DNA of 64,000 nucleotides from positions 1 to 64,000 of the forward strand of contig CAVUPH010000037.1 of NCBI GenBank assembly GCA_963743305.1, written 5' to 3'. Positions within the stretch are counted from its first letter, which is position 1; the number at the start of each line of letters is the position of its first letter. Below the pieces are notes generated by a model. That model was not told the DNA's origin. It searched no databases and worked only from the letters and a program-made list of their open reading frames with translations. The translations under genes were made by a program, and so were the position numbers. This document shows positions 41,090 through 50,700 of this stretch, piece after piece. The DNA is from an uncultured delta proteobacterium. GTDB lineage: Bacteria; Desulfobacterota; RBG-13-43-22.

Positions 41090-42439
41090 GTGAAAAAGGA
41101 TTTCGTCTCTCCCGCCTTCCCCGCGAAAGCTCTCCTTCAGCGGGAGCGATGGCCAGCGCTCGCCGACCGGGGCCTGGTCCTTTCCTTAGCGCTCTTTCTC
41201 TTCGCTCTTCCCCTGGCGTCCATCACGGCGGTCCGGGAAATTCTTTTGGGGGCGGCCGCCTTTTTCTGGCTGGCGGCCATGGTGATTGGGCGGCGACTCT
41301 TGATTCCCCGGACCCCGCTGGACCTGCCCCTGCTCTGTTTGGTGGCGGTTTCATTCATTTCCCTGATCTGGGCCGTTGATCCGGCCTACAGTTTCAAGGA
41401 GATCAAAGGCGAACTGCTTAAGGGGTGCCTGGTCTTTTATCTGGCCGCCTATTCCGCCGGGAGGCTGGAACGACTTCCCGCAATCTGGCTTATCCTGGTC
41501 TGCGGGAATCTGTTGATGGTTGCCTATGGCCTCTGGGATTTCTGGCAGGCCGGAGGGCATTTAGCCGGTTATTATATCCGGGCGGGTTCCCTGGATGCCG
41601 GCTATGGAGAATTCGGGACCTATCTGATCATCGTGTTTCCTTTCCTGCTGAACCTTGCCCTGGAGCGGCAATTCCTGTCAAAAAAGAACCTGGCAGGACT
41701 CCTGGCCCTGCTGGCCTTAAACCTGTTGGGAATTTACATTACCTTCGGACGGGCAATGTGGATGGCGGCGGCCGCGGAATTTTTTTTGATCGGCTGGATC
41801 GGGAACAGGAAAAAAATTCTACTGGGAGCCACGGCGAGCCTCCTGCTCTTTCTGGTCTTCATTCCCAGATCCGTATGCCTTCACGGCGAAAGGCTTTCGT
41901 TCTCCGCTCCGGGGGTGAACACCGCCGTAGGCGGGACGGCCGGAGATCTCTTGGATATCTGGAAACTGGCTTTTCATTATATTCAAGAGCGGCCTTTTCA
42001 AGGCATCGGTTTTGGCCGGAGTAGTTTCTCCGAGGCCTTTCCGGAATTTCGGGCTCAACATCAGCCGATGCTTTGGCACGCGCACAACACCCTGCTGGAT
42101 TTCACCTTCCAAACGGGAATTCAGGGGCTCTTGGCGCTCCTTTGGGTTATGGGCGCGGCCGGGTTTCATTGCTTCCGCCGGAGAGGGCCGGGGATCGATC
42201 CCTGGGTCCGAAATTTTTCCCTGGCCACCGGGGTGATGGTGGTAGGCTTCCTGATTCGAAATTTTTTTGATGATTTTTTCGTGGACGATAACGCCCTGAT
42301 GTTCTGGTTTCTCATCGGGACGGCCCTGGGGAGTTCAAAAATCCAAAGCTGGGAAACTTTTTCGCCGAGACCCGGTGGCCGCGAAGGCGCGATTTCAGAT
42401 TCGCCCCGCCTCCCGGGGGCAGGTACCCACGAAGCATGA
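41090..42439 (+). CDS. O-antigen ligase family protein (WaaL-like)
   Basis: Multiple TM segments, TFGRAMW, GIGFG, HAHN..L; last ~28 codons run into repeat family A. Confidence 0.82.
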   Translation: MKKDFVSPAFPAKALLQRERWPALADRGLVLSLALFLFALPLASITAVREILLGAAAFFWLAAMVIGRRLLIPRTPLDLPLLCLVAVSFISLIWAVDPAYSFKEIKGELLKGCLVFYLAAYSAGRLERLPAIWLILVCGNLLMVAYGLWDFWQAGGHLAGYYIRAGSLDAGYGEFGTYLIIVFPFLLNLALERQFLSKKNLAGLLALLALNLLGIYITFGRAMWMAAAAEFFLIGWIGNRKKILLGATASLLLFLVFIPRSVCLHGERLSFSAPGVNTAVGGTAGDLLDIWKLAFHYIQERPFQGIGFGRSSFSEAFPEFRAQHQPMLWHAHNTLLDFTFQTGIQGLLALLWVMGAAGFHCFRRRGPGIDPWVRNFSLATGVMVVGFLIRNFFDDFFVDDNALMFWFLIGTALGSSKIQSWETFSPRPGGREGAISDSPRLPGAGTHEA

Positions 42440-42619
42440 AAATAGCATATTCCCAGTCATTGCGAGGAGAGAAGCGACGAAGCAATCCCCCAGGCAGCGT
42501 ACAGCCCTTTCCAAGCCTGACCGGGGGATTGCTTCGCTCCGCTCGCAATGACATAGGTGTTTAACCTTATTTTCGTATTGATCTACTATTATTTTGGCCA
42601 CCCACATCAAAAGGGCGAA
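42352..42619 (+). repeat. Nested repeat: family A ends enclosing a family C unit, which encloses a family B palindrome (42456-42552)
   Basis: ttcgccgagacccgg ... cccacgaagcatgaaaat ... gtcattgcgag...cgcaatgac ... attttcgta ... ggccacccacatcaaaagggcgaa. Confidence 0.8.
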
Positions 42620-42759
42620 GTAGCAATAATTGCCGTTGCCTTCAAGGGAGGTTTTTGTTATTTTGACATTGAAATTTTGAGATTTGGTCATTCAAGTCTG
42701 TTTCGAATTTCTGATTTTGAATCTACAAATAACGCCGGCGGGAGTGAAGGGGAGAGCGG

Positions 42760-44070
42760 ATGAATATCTGTGTTATCGGGGTGGGTTACGTAGGATTGGT
42801 CACGGGGGCCTGCTTCGCCGAATTCGGGATTAAGGTGACTTGTGTGGACAACGACTCGGACAAGATCACCGGCCTGCAGCAGGGGAAAATACCCATCTAT
42901 GAGCCGGGTCTGGAGGAACTGGTCTTAAAAAATGTCCGGGAAAAACGACTGCAGTTTACCGACAACCTGGAGGAGGGCGTTAAACATTCTCTGGTGGTCT
43001 TTATCGCCGTAGGCACGCCCTCCGACAAAAAAGGCCGAGCCGACCTGCGCTATGTGAAGGAGGTGGCGGAAGCCATCGGCCGAACCATGGACGGCTATAA
43101 AATCATCGTCACCAAGAGCACGGTCCCGGTGGGCACCGGACAACTGATTTCCCGGATTGTTCGGCAACATCAAAAAAAGAAACAGGCTTTTGATATTGTC
43201 TCCAATCCCGAATTCTTGCGCGAAGGGTCGGCCATTGAGGATTTCATGCATCCCAATCGGGTAGTCATCGGGGCTCAGAGCGATCAGGCCGTGGCCATCA
43301 TGAAAGACCTTTATTCCCCATTGTACCTCATCGAGACCCCCTTCGTTATTACCGGGGTGGAAACCGCCGAAATGATTAAGTATGCCTCCAATGCCTTTTT
43401 AGCCACCAAAATCTCGTTCATCAACGAGATGGCCAATATCTGCGAACGAGTGGGGGCGGACGTGCACCAGGTGGCCAGGGGGATGGGGTTGGATCAACGG
43501 ATCGGACCGAAATTTCTGCATCCGGGACCGGGATTCGGCGGATCCTGCTTTCCGAAGGACACCCAGGCCATAGTGCAACTGGCCCAGTCCCTGGACTATG
43601 AATTCGAGATCGTCAAGGCGGTCCTCAAGGTGAATCAACGACAGAAACAAATTATGGTGGACAAGATCGTCAAGGTGGCCGGCCCGCTGAAAGGAAAAAC
43701 TCTGGGGGTCTTGGGCCTGACTTTTAAACCCAACACCGATGACATCCGGGAAGCCCCGGCGGTGGCCATCATAAAAAAATTGGGTGACTTAGGCGCCCGT
43801 ATTCAAACCTATGATCCGGCCGGGATGCCCGAAGCCCGAAAGGTATTTAAGAAGGTTGAATTTAAGGAGGACCTCTACGAGGCGGGACAGGGCGCCGACG
43901 CCCTGATCCTGATCACCGAATGGAACCAGTTCCGGAACATCGATTGGGGGCGGATGAAAAGTTTGTTGAAACGTCCGGTGGTCATCGACCTGCGGAATAT
44001 ATACGATCCGGTCAAGATGCACAAACAGGGGATAACCTATTACTCTGTAGGCCGACCTACCCTTGAGTAA
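42760..44070 (+). CDS. ugd: UDP-glucose 6-dehydrogenase
   Basis: GVGYVGL, NPEFLREG, GFGGSCFPKD, FKPNTDDIRE. Confidence 0.95.
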   Translation: MNICVIGVGYVGLVTGACFAEFGIKVTCVDNDSDKITGLQQGKIPIYEPGLEELVLKNVREKRLQFTDNLEEGVKHSLVVFIAVGTPSDKKGRADLRYVKEVAEAIGRTMDGYKIIVTKSTVPVGTGQLISRIVRQHQKKKQAFDIVSNPEFLREGSAIEDFMHPNRVVIGAQSDQAVAIMKDLYSPLYLIETPFVITGVETAEMIKYASNAFLATKISFINEMANICERVGADVHQVARGMGLDQRIGPKFLHPGPGFGGSCFPKDTQAIVQLAQSLDYEFEIVKAVLKVNQRQKQIMVDKIVKVAGPLKGKTLGVLGLTFKPNTDDIREAPAVAIIKKLGDLGARIQTYDPAGMPEARKVFKKVEFKEDLYEAGQGADALILITEWNQFRNIDWGRMKSLLKRPVVIDLRNIYDPVKMHKQGITYYSVGRPTLE

Positions 44071-44686
44071 ACCACAACCACCGCTCCCGGGAAAATTGAT
44101 TTTCGGCTTGATCTACCGGGGATCGACCCCGGCCCGGAGCTGCTGGGAGGAACTGGAACTGCTCTGGGGGCCCTGGGATTATATCTCGGCGGTCACGGCT
44201 TTCCACTTTACCGGTTATTATGAAAAGGAAATGGGGACTCCCTTGTTTCGACGCTGGGGATGCAGTCGACGCCTGGTTCCCCAGGACCAATTGGCGGCTA
44301 TTAAGTTGAAAACCAATGAGCTGGAAACCCGCTGGGAGGTTGAAGGACAACGGCAAGTCAATGTGGATCCGGGAATCCTTTCCGCGGAGCGGCTGGTCCT
44401 GGCCACCGGGAAAAACTATATTCATCGGATTTATCTGGGTTCCGGCGTTTATGGGGACTTAACCTTGATTTATTCCAAAGGGGCTTACCGGCCCTTGCCC
44501 TGGACTTATCCGGACTACCAGGTTCCGGAGACCATCGCCATGTTCAATATTCTCCGGAAACGGTACCAGATGCAGATACAGATGCGAAATTCGAAATCCG
44601 AAATCGGAGATCGAAGGACTAAGACTGGGACCCCGCCTGCCGGCTGGGACAAGATCGGTTCACTTGATCTCCAAGGCAAGCGCTAG
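44063..44686 (+). CDS. DUF4416-family protein
   Basis: YYEKEMG, RQVNVDPG, LATGKNYIHRIYL, WTYPDY. Confidence 0.82.
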   Translation: MSKPQPPLPGKLIFGLIYRGSTPARSCWEELELLWGPWDYISAVTAFHFTGYYEKEMGTPLFRRWGCSRRLVPQDQLAAIKLKTNELETRWEVEGQRQVNVDPGILSAERLVLATGKNYIHRIYLGSGVYGDLTLIYSKGAYRPLPWTYPDYQVPETIAMFNILRKRYQMQIQMRNSKSEIGDRRTKTGTPPAGWDKIGSLDLQGKR

Positions 44687-44740
44687 GGGGCGGTGATCAA
44701 ATGCGACTCCGGTTTGGACGGCGGGGTCGTCCGCCCTTAC
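44684..44740. repeat. REP-like palindrome TAGGGGGCGG...CCGCCCTTAC
   Basis: Imperfect inverted repeat resembling GTAG-type REP elements. Confidence 0.45.
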
Positions 44741-44803
44741 AAAGGAGCTCTGCTGGATTTCCGAGATCCCAAACCTTTTATTTTTGTATTAAGGTAACCT
44801 ATT

Positions 44804-45685
44804 ATGATGAAAAGCATGACCTCTTTCGCCCAGGAGACGACCAACACCAAAGACCAATCCTTGACCTTGGTGGTCCGGACCTACAACAGCCGCTACCTGG
44901 ATATTAATCTGCGTCTGGCCGGACCTCTCAGCCCGCTGGAAGACCGGATAAAAAGCTATATTTCATCCCGTATTTCCCGGGGACGGGTGGAAGTGTCTGT
45001 GCAATATTCCGGATCGGGGAAAAATCGCAACGGGACCATGTCCATTAATATCCCGCTGGCCCGCAGCTATTGGGATAAACTGAACGAGTTGAAGGCCTCC
45101 CTGGGGATTCCCGGGCCCTTAGATTTGAATATCCTGCTCGGCCTAAGGGATGTGCTGACCTATCAGGAGTTGCCTTCCTCCGAGGAATCGCTCTGGCAGC
45201 GTATTCATCGCCCGCTAAAGCAAGTCATGGACGGGGTGGATACCATGCGGTCCGCCGAGGGCCGGCATTTGAGCCAGGACTTGCTGTCGCGCATCAGGAC
45301 CATTGAAAAGGCGGTCGGGATTATTTCCAAAAAGGTGCCCCAGGTGGTTCGGGCCTATCAGTTGCGATTGCAAAAACGAGTCAACGAACTGGCCGGGGAA
45401 ACCAAAGTGGATCCCCAGCGCCTGGCCCAGGAAGTGGCCATTCTGGCGGATCGATCCGATATTTCCGAGGAGTTGGTTCGGTTGGAAAGCCATCTCAAGC
45501 AATTGAAAATCCTGTTCCGGGAAACGCAGCCGGTGGGGCGAAAGCTGGAATTCCTGCTTCAGGAGATCAACCGCGAGATCAATACCATCGGGTCCAAAAG
45601 TATGGAGGGGTCCATCTCCCTGCAGGTGGTGGCCGTCAAAGCCGAATTGGAAAAAATGCGGGAACAGATTCAAAACATCGAGTGA
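44804..45685 (+). CDS. yicC: YicC/YloC endoribonuclease
   Basis: KSMT, NSRYLD, RGRVE, DISEELVRL, GRKLEFLLQEINREINTIGSK. Confidence 0.92.
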   Translation: MMKSMTSFAQETTNTKDQSLTLVVRTYNSRYLDINLRLAGPLSPLEDRIKSYISSRISRGRVEVSVQYSGSGKNRNGTMSINIPLARSYWDKLNELKASLGIPGPLDLNILLGLRDVLTYQELPSSEESLWQRIHRPLKQVMDGVDTMRSAEGRHLSQDLLSRIRTIEKAVGIISKKVPQVVRAYQLRLQKRVNELAGETKVDPQRLAQEVAILADRSDISEELVRLESHLKQLKILFRETQPVGRKLEFLLQEINREINTIGSKSMEGSISLQVVAVKAELEKMREQIQNIE

Positions 45686-45697
45686 TTGGAGCGACCT

Positions 45698-46015
45698 ATG
45701 GAATCGAAATTGTTGAATATCGGGGGTGGTAGTCTGGTGGTCACCGACCGGATCATTGCCATTGTCTCCCCCAATTCGTCTCCCATGAAGCGGCTGCGGG
45801 AGGAGGCCCGGGAGGGTAAGCGCTTGATCGATGCCACTCAGGGTCGAAAGACGCGTTCCATTATTGTCACCGACAGCAACCACGTGATCCTTTCCGCTAT
45901 TCAGGCCGAGACCAACGCCCAGCGCTTTAATTCGGAGGGCGCTCAAAAATCCGATCTGAACCACAAAGAGGACGATGGTCCCGCGATATTCCAAATAAGA
46001 GAAGAGGAAATTTGA
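45698..46015 (+). CDS. remA: RemA/DUF370 family protein
   Basis: [38 protein letters not shown]. Confidence 0.88.
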   Translation: MESKLLNIGGGSLVVTDRIIAIVSPNSSPMKRLREEAREGKRLIDATQGRKTRSIIVTDSNHVILSAIQAETNAQRFNSEGAQKSDLNHKEDDGPAIFQIREEEI

Positions 46016-46566
46016 TCATCCTCTCCGGCCCTTCGGGCGTGGGTAAGACCACGCTGCGGAGAAGGGTGCAGAAGAAAATCGATTCCCTGTCCTTTTCCAT
46101 CTCCTGGACGACCCGGTCGCCGCGTCCGGGGGAAAAACCGGACCAGGATTATCATTTTGTCTCCCCCGAACAATTTAAAAAGCAGATCCGCCGGGAAGGT
46201 TTTTTGGAGTGGGCCCGGGTCCATAACGACTATTACGGGACACCCTCAAAACCGGTGCAGACCTGGCTGCGTCAGGGGCGGGACGTCCTGCTGGATATCG
46301 ATGTCCAGGGGGCCGGGCAAGTGAAGGGGAAAATGCCGGAGGCGGTGAGCATCTTTATCCTGCCTCCCTCCCGGGAGGAGCTGAAAAGGAGGCTTTCCCA
46401 ACGCCGGACCGAATCCCCCCAGGCCCTCCGCCTGCGTCTGCGCAACGCCGAAAAAGAGCTGGCCGACTGGCCCCGCTTCGATTACGCGGTGATCAATGCG
46501 GAACTCCCTGCCGCGCTCAAGGCCTTATCCGCCATCCTCCAGGCCCAACACTTTCGCGTTCGGTGA
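46012..46566 (+). CDS. gmk: Guanylate kinase
   Basis: [29 protein letters not shown]. Confidence 0.95.
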   Translation: MIILSGPSGVGKTTLRRRVQKKIDSLSFSISWTTRSPRPGEKPDQDYHFVSPEQFKKQIRREGFLEWARVHNDYYGTPSKPVQTWLRQGRDVLLDIDVQGAGQVKGKMPEAVSIFILPPSREELKRRLSQRRTESPQALRLRLRNAEKELADWPRFDYAVINAELPAALKALSAILQAQHFRVR

Positions 46567-47348
46567 GTATGCCCGCCATCATCGAAGCCGCCAATACCGA
46601 ATGGGTCTGGGGAAAACAGGCCGTTCGGGAACTGCTTCGCACCAACCCCCGGCAGGTGAAACAAGTCTGGCTGGCCCTTTCCTCCAAAGACCCGATTAAC
46701 CGGGAGATCCAAGAACGCTGTCGCGAGGATAATATCCCCGTAGCCTATAAAGATCGAAAGGCCTGGGAAGAAACCTTTCGCGTGCCGGCCCATCAATCCG
46801 TGGCCGCTCAACTTAAATTCGCCTTCCGCTTTACTCCCTTGGAGGAATTGTTGAAGCGGATTAAGGCGGCGGAAGACCCGGCACCGGTCATGGTGATGAT
46901 CGACCATCTGCAGGATCCTCACAACCTGGGAGCGATCATCCGTACCGCTTACGGGGCCGGGGTCCGGGGAATCATCCTGCCTAAGGACCGGACCTGCCCA
47001 ATCTCCGGGACGGTTCACAAAACCGCCGCCGGCGCGCTCGAATACTTGCCCCTGGTTCAGGTTACCAACCTGGTCCAAACGATCGAGGTCTTAAAAAGAG
47101 AGGGTTTCTGGTTTCTAAGCCTGGAGGCCCAAGGCGCACAGACTATTTATCAATTGGATCTGAGGGTGCCCTTGGTGGTGGTTATCGGCAGCGAAGGGAA
47201 AGGAGTCAGCCCCTTAATTTTGAAGAAGTCGGATTGGGTGGCTTCCATTCCCCTGGAAGGCAACCTGACATCCTTAAATGCCTCGGTGGCCTGCGCCGTA
47301 AGGCTTTTTGAGATCCGGCGACAAAGAATAATTTTAAACCGCAGGTAG
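46563..47348 (+). CDS. rlmB: 23S rRNA Gm2251 methyltransferase (TrmH family)
   Basis: HQSV, DPHNLGAIIRTA, GSEGKG, SLNASVA. Confidence 0.9.
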   Translation: MSMPAIIEAANTEWVWGKQAVRELLRTNPRQVKQVWLALSSKDPINREIQERCREDNIPVAYKDRKAWEETFRVPAHQSVAAQLKFAFRFTPLEELLKRIKAAEDPAPVMVMIDHLQDPHNLGAIIRTAYGAGVRGIILPKDRTCPISGTVHKTAAGALEYLPLVQVTNLVQTIEVLKREGFWFLSLEAQGAQTIYQLDLRVPLVVVIGSEGKGVSPLILKKSDWVASIPLEGNLTSLNASVACAVRLFEIRRQRIILNRR

Positions 47349-47614
47349 GATAACCCTGGGCGTTTGGCCCGCGATTTCCTTCCCGGTCCGGCGTTCGCGC
47401 CGGTCTCTGTAAGCGCCGTTCACCTCCTGCTCTTGAATATATCCTAAAAAAAATGTTGACAATTCTGATAGAGTAATTTAAAGAAACAAACCATCATTAT
47501 CTAATTATGATTTTCCCGTAAAATAGAATAAATCAGTTGTAAGTTGACTCCTTTCTCGACCGACCGGATTGAAAGTTCAATAAGGTGGAACGGAAGAAGA
47601 CAATGATATCTGGG

Positions 47615-47655
47615 AACCCCGTTTCCCCCCCCAAGGGAATGGGGTTTTTTTATTT
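47615..47655 (+). terminator. Intrinsic terminator upstream of the giant secreted-protein gene
   Basis: AACCCCGTTTCC...GGGAATGGGGTT followed by TTTTTATTT; a TTGACA promoter candidate lies at 47456. Confidence 0.65.
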
Positions 47656-47773
47656 GTTCTCCGGAAGCTGGAGGACGTTATTAGGGCATTGATATAATTA
47701 AATAATAGTTTTATTGCCGGTAGTTAATCGCATGAAGTTGTTTCTCATTTTTGGCTGATTGTGGAGGTCTGAG

Positions 47774-50700
47774 ATGATAATCAAGAAATGGGGTATTTTA
47801 GTATCGATTGCGGGTTTTGCCATTCTATCCATGACCGTCATCTCCCCCCCAATCTTTGCCGCTACACCGGTGACAACCTGGGAGTATGATCAGATCAGGC
47901 CGGCAATAACCTATAACAGCAAAGTTAACGAATATCTGGCGGTTTGGGAAGATCACCATTGGGGAAACGGGAACGATTGGGACATCTATGGCCAGCGGAT
48001 CGGATCGGACGGGTTGCCTGTAGGAGGCAGGTTCGGGATTTCCTGGGATAATACCCAACATCGCCAGAACCCGACGGTCGCCGTCAATACCTCCAATGGC
48101 GAGTATTTGGTGGTTTGGGAGTATGAATACTCGCCCACCGACCACGATATTCTTGCGCGCCGATTAAGTAGTGACGGGACATTAATTGGGAACGAGTTTG
48201 TAATCGCTAACTTGACCAATAACGAAAGCTCTCCGGCCATCACCTTTAATCCTTTTTATAACGAATACTTAGTAGTCTGGAAACAATTCACCGGCTCCGA
48301 AGAGTTTTTTCAAGGAGATATCCTTGCCCAGCGTATAAATGCCGATGGAACGAAAAATGGAAGTTCATTCGTTATCACTGATCAGGCATACGACGAAGGA
48401 GCCCCGGCCGTTGCCTATAATTCCGTTAACGCAGAATATTTGGTGGTTTGGGAAAGCCAGCCTTTGGACGACTACAATATTACCGGGCAACGGGTTGCGA
48501 GCAACGGAGGCCTCTTGGGATCCGATATCCTCATCTCTAACTGGTCGTACAACCAGCGGAGGCCAAAAGCGGCCTATAACAGCCAGGACAATCAATACCT
48601 GGTTGTTTGGGAGGACCACCATCTGGGAGGTGCCCCAGAAGGTGACATTTACGGTCAGTTGATTAATAACAATGGGTCCCTGCTTGGGAGTAATTTCCCC
48701 ATTTCTTGGGACGGGACCAATTCCCGTTTGAACCCGTCCGTTGCCTATAGCAAAACCGGCAACGAATACCTGGTGGTCTGGGAATATGTTTACAGCGTCA
48801 CCGACCATGACATCTATATCCGTCGGGTGAAAAAAGACGGGTCGCTGATCGAGAATGAGATTTCCTTCTCAGCATCAGGGAGTTACGAAGGTTACCCGGC
48901 ACTAAGCTCAGATGGGGGCCTAAATTATTTGCTTGTTTGGGAGGATGGCCGGGATGCTGCATCCCAAGGAATAAACCTATACAGCAGTCTGTATACGTTA
49001 ACCGCCCTTTCGGGAACGGTCTACGTCGGCAATGTAGGCAATGAAACCATTCCTCTGGGAGGAGCAACCGTCCGATTGTACTGTTCAAGTAATGCCAATG
49101 AGTTAGGAGTCCTCCTCGCCGATAATGTAACCAATTCTTCTGGTTATTACGCCCTTCCCGTTTCCGGGTCATGTAATTATTATAATATTGTTGAGGTTGA
49201 TTTGCCGGGATATAGCTCGGCCGGAGATACTTCTATTGATGGGACGGTGGTTGATGCCAATAGAATCAGATATTCTTCGCCCTTATCGGGGAAGACCCTC
49301 TCTTCTAATAAGTTCTGGGATCATCCACCCTCCACTACGACCTCCTGTTCTTCTTGTGACGATTGCACAGCCAAACTGAATGGATCCTATGGGACTATTA
49401 ACCTGGCCAATAATTTAACCGAAATTACCGGGTCCTGTATTGGTTTTAATGCCAGCAATGCCACCTTTGATTGTCAGGGACACACGATTAGTGGGACCGG
49501 AGGTGAACAAACTTACGGGATCAAATGGCTGGGGAAGACAAACAATACCATCAAGAATTGCACCATATCCTATTTTGAAACGGGGATCGATTTGCAGGGA
49601 TCGACCTATGCGGCGTTAAACAATAACACCCTTCAACATAATACCTATAGTGGAATCTATCTAAATGAGTCCAATTCGAATACGATAACCAGCAATTCTT
49701 TCACTCGAAACGAAAACGGACTGGCGATCAACCTATCCGATTTAAATACCATAACGAGCAACACCCTATGCAAGCAGAAATCCAGGGATATTTACGGAGT
49801 AAATGAGACTACCGGGAATATTCAAACGAATAACAAGTGCGATTCGATTTATAACTGGAACGGGAATGATCAGATTATTTCCTGCGATACGGTCTGTACG
49901 CCCAACGTCTCTACGACCTGCTCTTCCGCTACAACCTTACAAAATTCCTTGAACGGGGATTTCAACCACATAACCTTGACGAACGATATTTATGTATCTT
50001 CTGGTTTTCGTTTCCACGGCAATCATTTGACTTTGGACTGTAATGGTCACGTCTTAGGGGGATCCGGGACATCGTCCGGATTTATTATTGACAAGCAAAT
50101 AGGTGTTGAAATCAAGAATTGCACGATAGCCAGTTTCGGCACCGGGATTGAATTAAGGTCGGCGTCTCAAAATTCAATCCATAACAACCAAATCATCTAC
50201 AATAATACTGGAATCAGTCTATCGAAAACCGATTTGGTATTAGAACCGACTACAAACTCTATTGCCAACAATTCATTGAATGATAACACCAATATTGGCA
50301 TCCTATTATCAGCCGGGAAAAATAATCTGATAAGTGCAAATACCATCAATAATATAGGGAATTACTCGATATGGGTAACGGGGGAAAGCTGTACCAACAC
50401 CTTGGCGAATAATATCGGTCCCGGCGGGAAGAACGTCTTCTATTTAAACAATGTCGGATATGTAAATCCTCAATCCATTCCCGTAGGGAATTACGGTGAA
50501 ATTATTTTATGCAACGTACAAAACGCAATAATCGAAAACTTTGCTTTGAACAATGGAACAGCCAAGAATGACGGCATATTATTAATAAATTCGAGCAATC
50601 TCGAATGTTCGGAATAATACCATTCAAAACACGAATGGAATTTCGCTAATCGGTTCGGATAATAATAAAATATATAATAATTCCAACATTGCATTCAGCA

